Positions 56,753 to 64,000 of a DNA stretch of 64,000 bases are shown piece after piece; positions within the stretch are counted from its first letter, which is position 1, and each line of letters starts with the position of its first letter. A model generated the notes under the pieces. The model was not told the origin of the DNA, ran no database searches, and saw nothing but the letters and a program-made list of their open reading frames with translations. The DNA is from Amoebidium appalachense (taxonomy: Eukaryota > Protista > Ichthyosporea): the NCBI GenBank assembly GCA_963693365.1, contig CAVNZM010000013.1, forward strand, positions 5,880,640 through 5,944,639, written 5' to 3'. Made by a program: the position numbers and the translations under genes.

Positions 56753-57331
56753 GCACGCATAAGTACACATGCTGGCGATACATGTACGCATGCCCTGCCA
56801 TGGCACTTGCACGCGCTCAACACGCACTGCAAAAACCCGCTCATTGCAACTGTGTAAGCAGCCCACGCTTTGAATGCATCACATGCAGTGACTTGCATGC
56901 ACTTTCCTGCAGAAACTAAAAATATACAGGGATATCAGGGTCAGACATATGTATACGTACAGCCTTACAAGCCTGCAGGTGCGTATGTGTATATTCAAAA
57001 CCGGTCGACTGTACCCACATATTCTTGCACGTATCTCCACCCGTGTTGCCGTTCACATTCAAGACATCAATTATTCATCAGGCCATTTATTTCACTTGAT
57101 TTCAGTTCTGGCAGCCCAGCTAGCCAGCATAACAGCAATTCATATGTAGAAAGCCACAAGTTGGAATTATTCAAGGGCCCACACATCATATCTAAGAACT
57201 AACTATGTACACGGCCCACGCACCAGGCGTGGCCCCACTAGGGCATCTGCCCGCAGTGCCCCTATGTAAGTAGTACTACTACTAGTGCAGCCACCATGCT
57301 GCACTGTGCGCGCGTCTAATGCTGTGAGTGT

Positions 57332-62387
<5,056 letters not shown>

Positions 62388-64000
62388 CTGGGTGGGGAAA
62401 AAAGGGGAAAGCACAGAGTTAAATCGGGCACATGTCAAGCCAAAAGAAGAAATCCGCCCCAATCAGCCAAGTCCTATGTACACTCAGTCCTTCTGCAGTC
62501 TCCCCAAACAGGCACCAACACCTGTAAAAATTTCAGCCACTAACCTACATAGCACATTGACACGAAAAACAGCACCCTGTGGCCTAACAACTAGGCTCCA
62601 AGCCTGTTATCGGTGCATATATAGTAGAAGACAACGGTGTCCAATCGCAACCAAATGTCACGGCCTTTTCCTCGAATAGAACGAACCTGTGCTTCAAAGG
62701 AGCGTGCACAACCGAGAAGAACTATGCACCTATTCATCCACCTAAGTAGCACAGTTTTCTGCCTAGCCCTTACAATGAAACCAATATTATCCAACTGCAA
62801 AAGCAAAACCAGCTAAGTTACAAGGGTAGACAAGGGTGACATACACAGCCCGTGCCAGCACGGCAGCGTTCCTGGCATTTGCTCGCACAGCCGGCTGGCT
62901 GGCCTGGATGGACGACCGACAGAGAGCTCGTGAAAGCATTTGCTGCTAATACTGTAAAGAGATTGGGAATAAAATGATGTTTTTGGTCTCGAATGAATGA
63001 AGTAATTAGTCAAGACACTCTCACGCAAGGGGCAAATTCAGCGCCCAAGACATAAAAACTGAATGACCAACTGAGGCTCGTCATGTGCTTTCATACCAAC
63101 AAGTTGAGCATACGGACACAACCACCAATCATATGAGCCTCCAAAAAGCACTGAGAGATGTGGACGTGACCTTTATCCAATTAAATGCTGCCATATGCAT
63201 GCGCAAATACGTCATTTGACGGTCGATTGCGTAACCGCCAAGGTGTGGCAGAGCGTAGGTATTATTGCTCTGATTACAGACTGCACATTCACAATGGCTT
63301 TCACATTTTAGTGTGGCAAATATAATTTCAATGGTTGATTAATCTTCTAGTGCATCCAGAGTGTCTTCGTGAACTCGTAGACAACCCACTGCCAGACAAA
63401 GAAGGAAAGCTCTGGCTTGCATCTATAATTATTTCGTTGCTCTTATCCAATCACTACACCGTTGTTTGATTTGAGATTGCCGGGCTTTGGAACGAATTTG
63501 ACCGGTACTCCCGAAGATCGACCAATGGCAGTCGGATTTGCAGCCAAGAGAATGTTGCCCAGATCCACGATACAATGCATACACACAGTATGTACACTCA
63601 TAGTTATCAGTAACTTATCACTTTCCTTGTAAGTACTTTCTTATAATGAAATTCATTCTGTGTTAGAAAGGTGTAAAACAAGAAAGCAGCTGCTTTAGCT
63701 GGTAATGTGGCGGCGTGTCATACACACACGCAGAAAAGCAGTGGCCGCAAATTATCCCCAAAAAGGGTGCAGCCCCGACTCACTGGCGAGTCCGACCAGT
63801 TTAGGGGGTCTAGCCGCCGGAATGTGTAACGCGCGTGATTGGCCAGTGCCTTGTTCCTGCGTGCCCGCAGTCACCGCCCAGCTGACAACAAACACACACC
63901 TCTACACACGCCTTGCTGAGCTAGAACTGGGTTCGTGTGTTAGAAGAGCAGAGTGGGAGCCCTACGAAGATATAAGGAGGCTCTGGGCCCAGATGCGTTT

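Noticed and set aside
62400-64000. PRODH first exon or another gene at the window end
   Set aside because: I could not identify a supportable ATG exon or a recognisable ORF. The region is probably promoter/UTR, with CCAAT motifs present.

Overview
This is an intron-rich eukaryotic window, probably from a unicellular holozoan or similar protist (inferred from gene content, not established). Most ORF-track entries are artefacts of intronic poly-C/G and (CA)n/(GT)n tracts. I assembled exons by hand using GT-AG sites. That gave six spliced genes: deoxyhypusine synthase (+), a Mint/LIN-10-like tandem-PDZ protein (-), an RBFOX-like RRM protein (-), AAMP/Sqt1 WD40 (-), a GGCT-like protein of bacterial appearance (-) and an EF-hand-containing proline dehydrogenase (-). 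There is also one intronless bacterial-type ORF (+). A transposon cluster spans 39.2-51.5 kb. It holds an 8.3-kb CACTA/EnSpm-like element (CACAG TIRs, TTT TSD) encoding a spliced 174-aa mini-transposase with no catalytic core plus a divergent unknown gene. It also holds a 1.58-kb Tc1/mariner-type TIR element with a coiled-coil cargo ORF, and two fused LINE RT relics. Other unexplained structure includes a ~100-170 bp intronic element family always oriented sense to its host gene, and a 45-bp tandem array made of copies of a 3' splice site. All family assignments come from recalled motifs, not database searches, and exon coordinates were read by eye.
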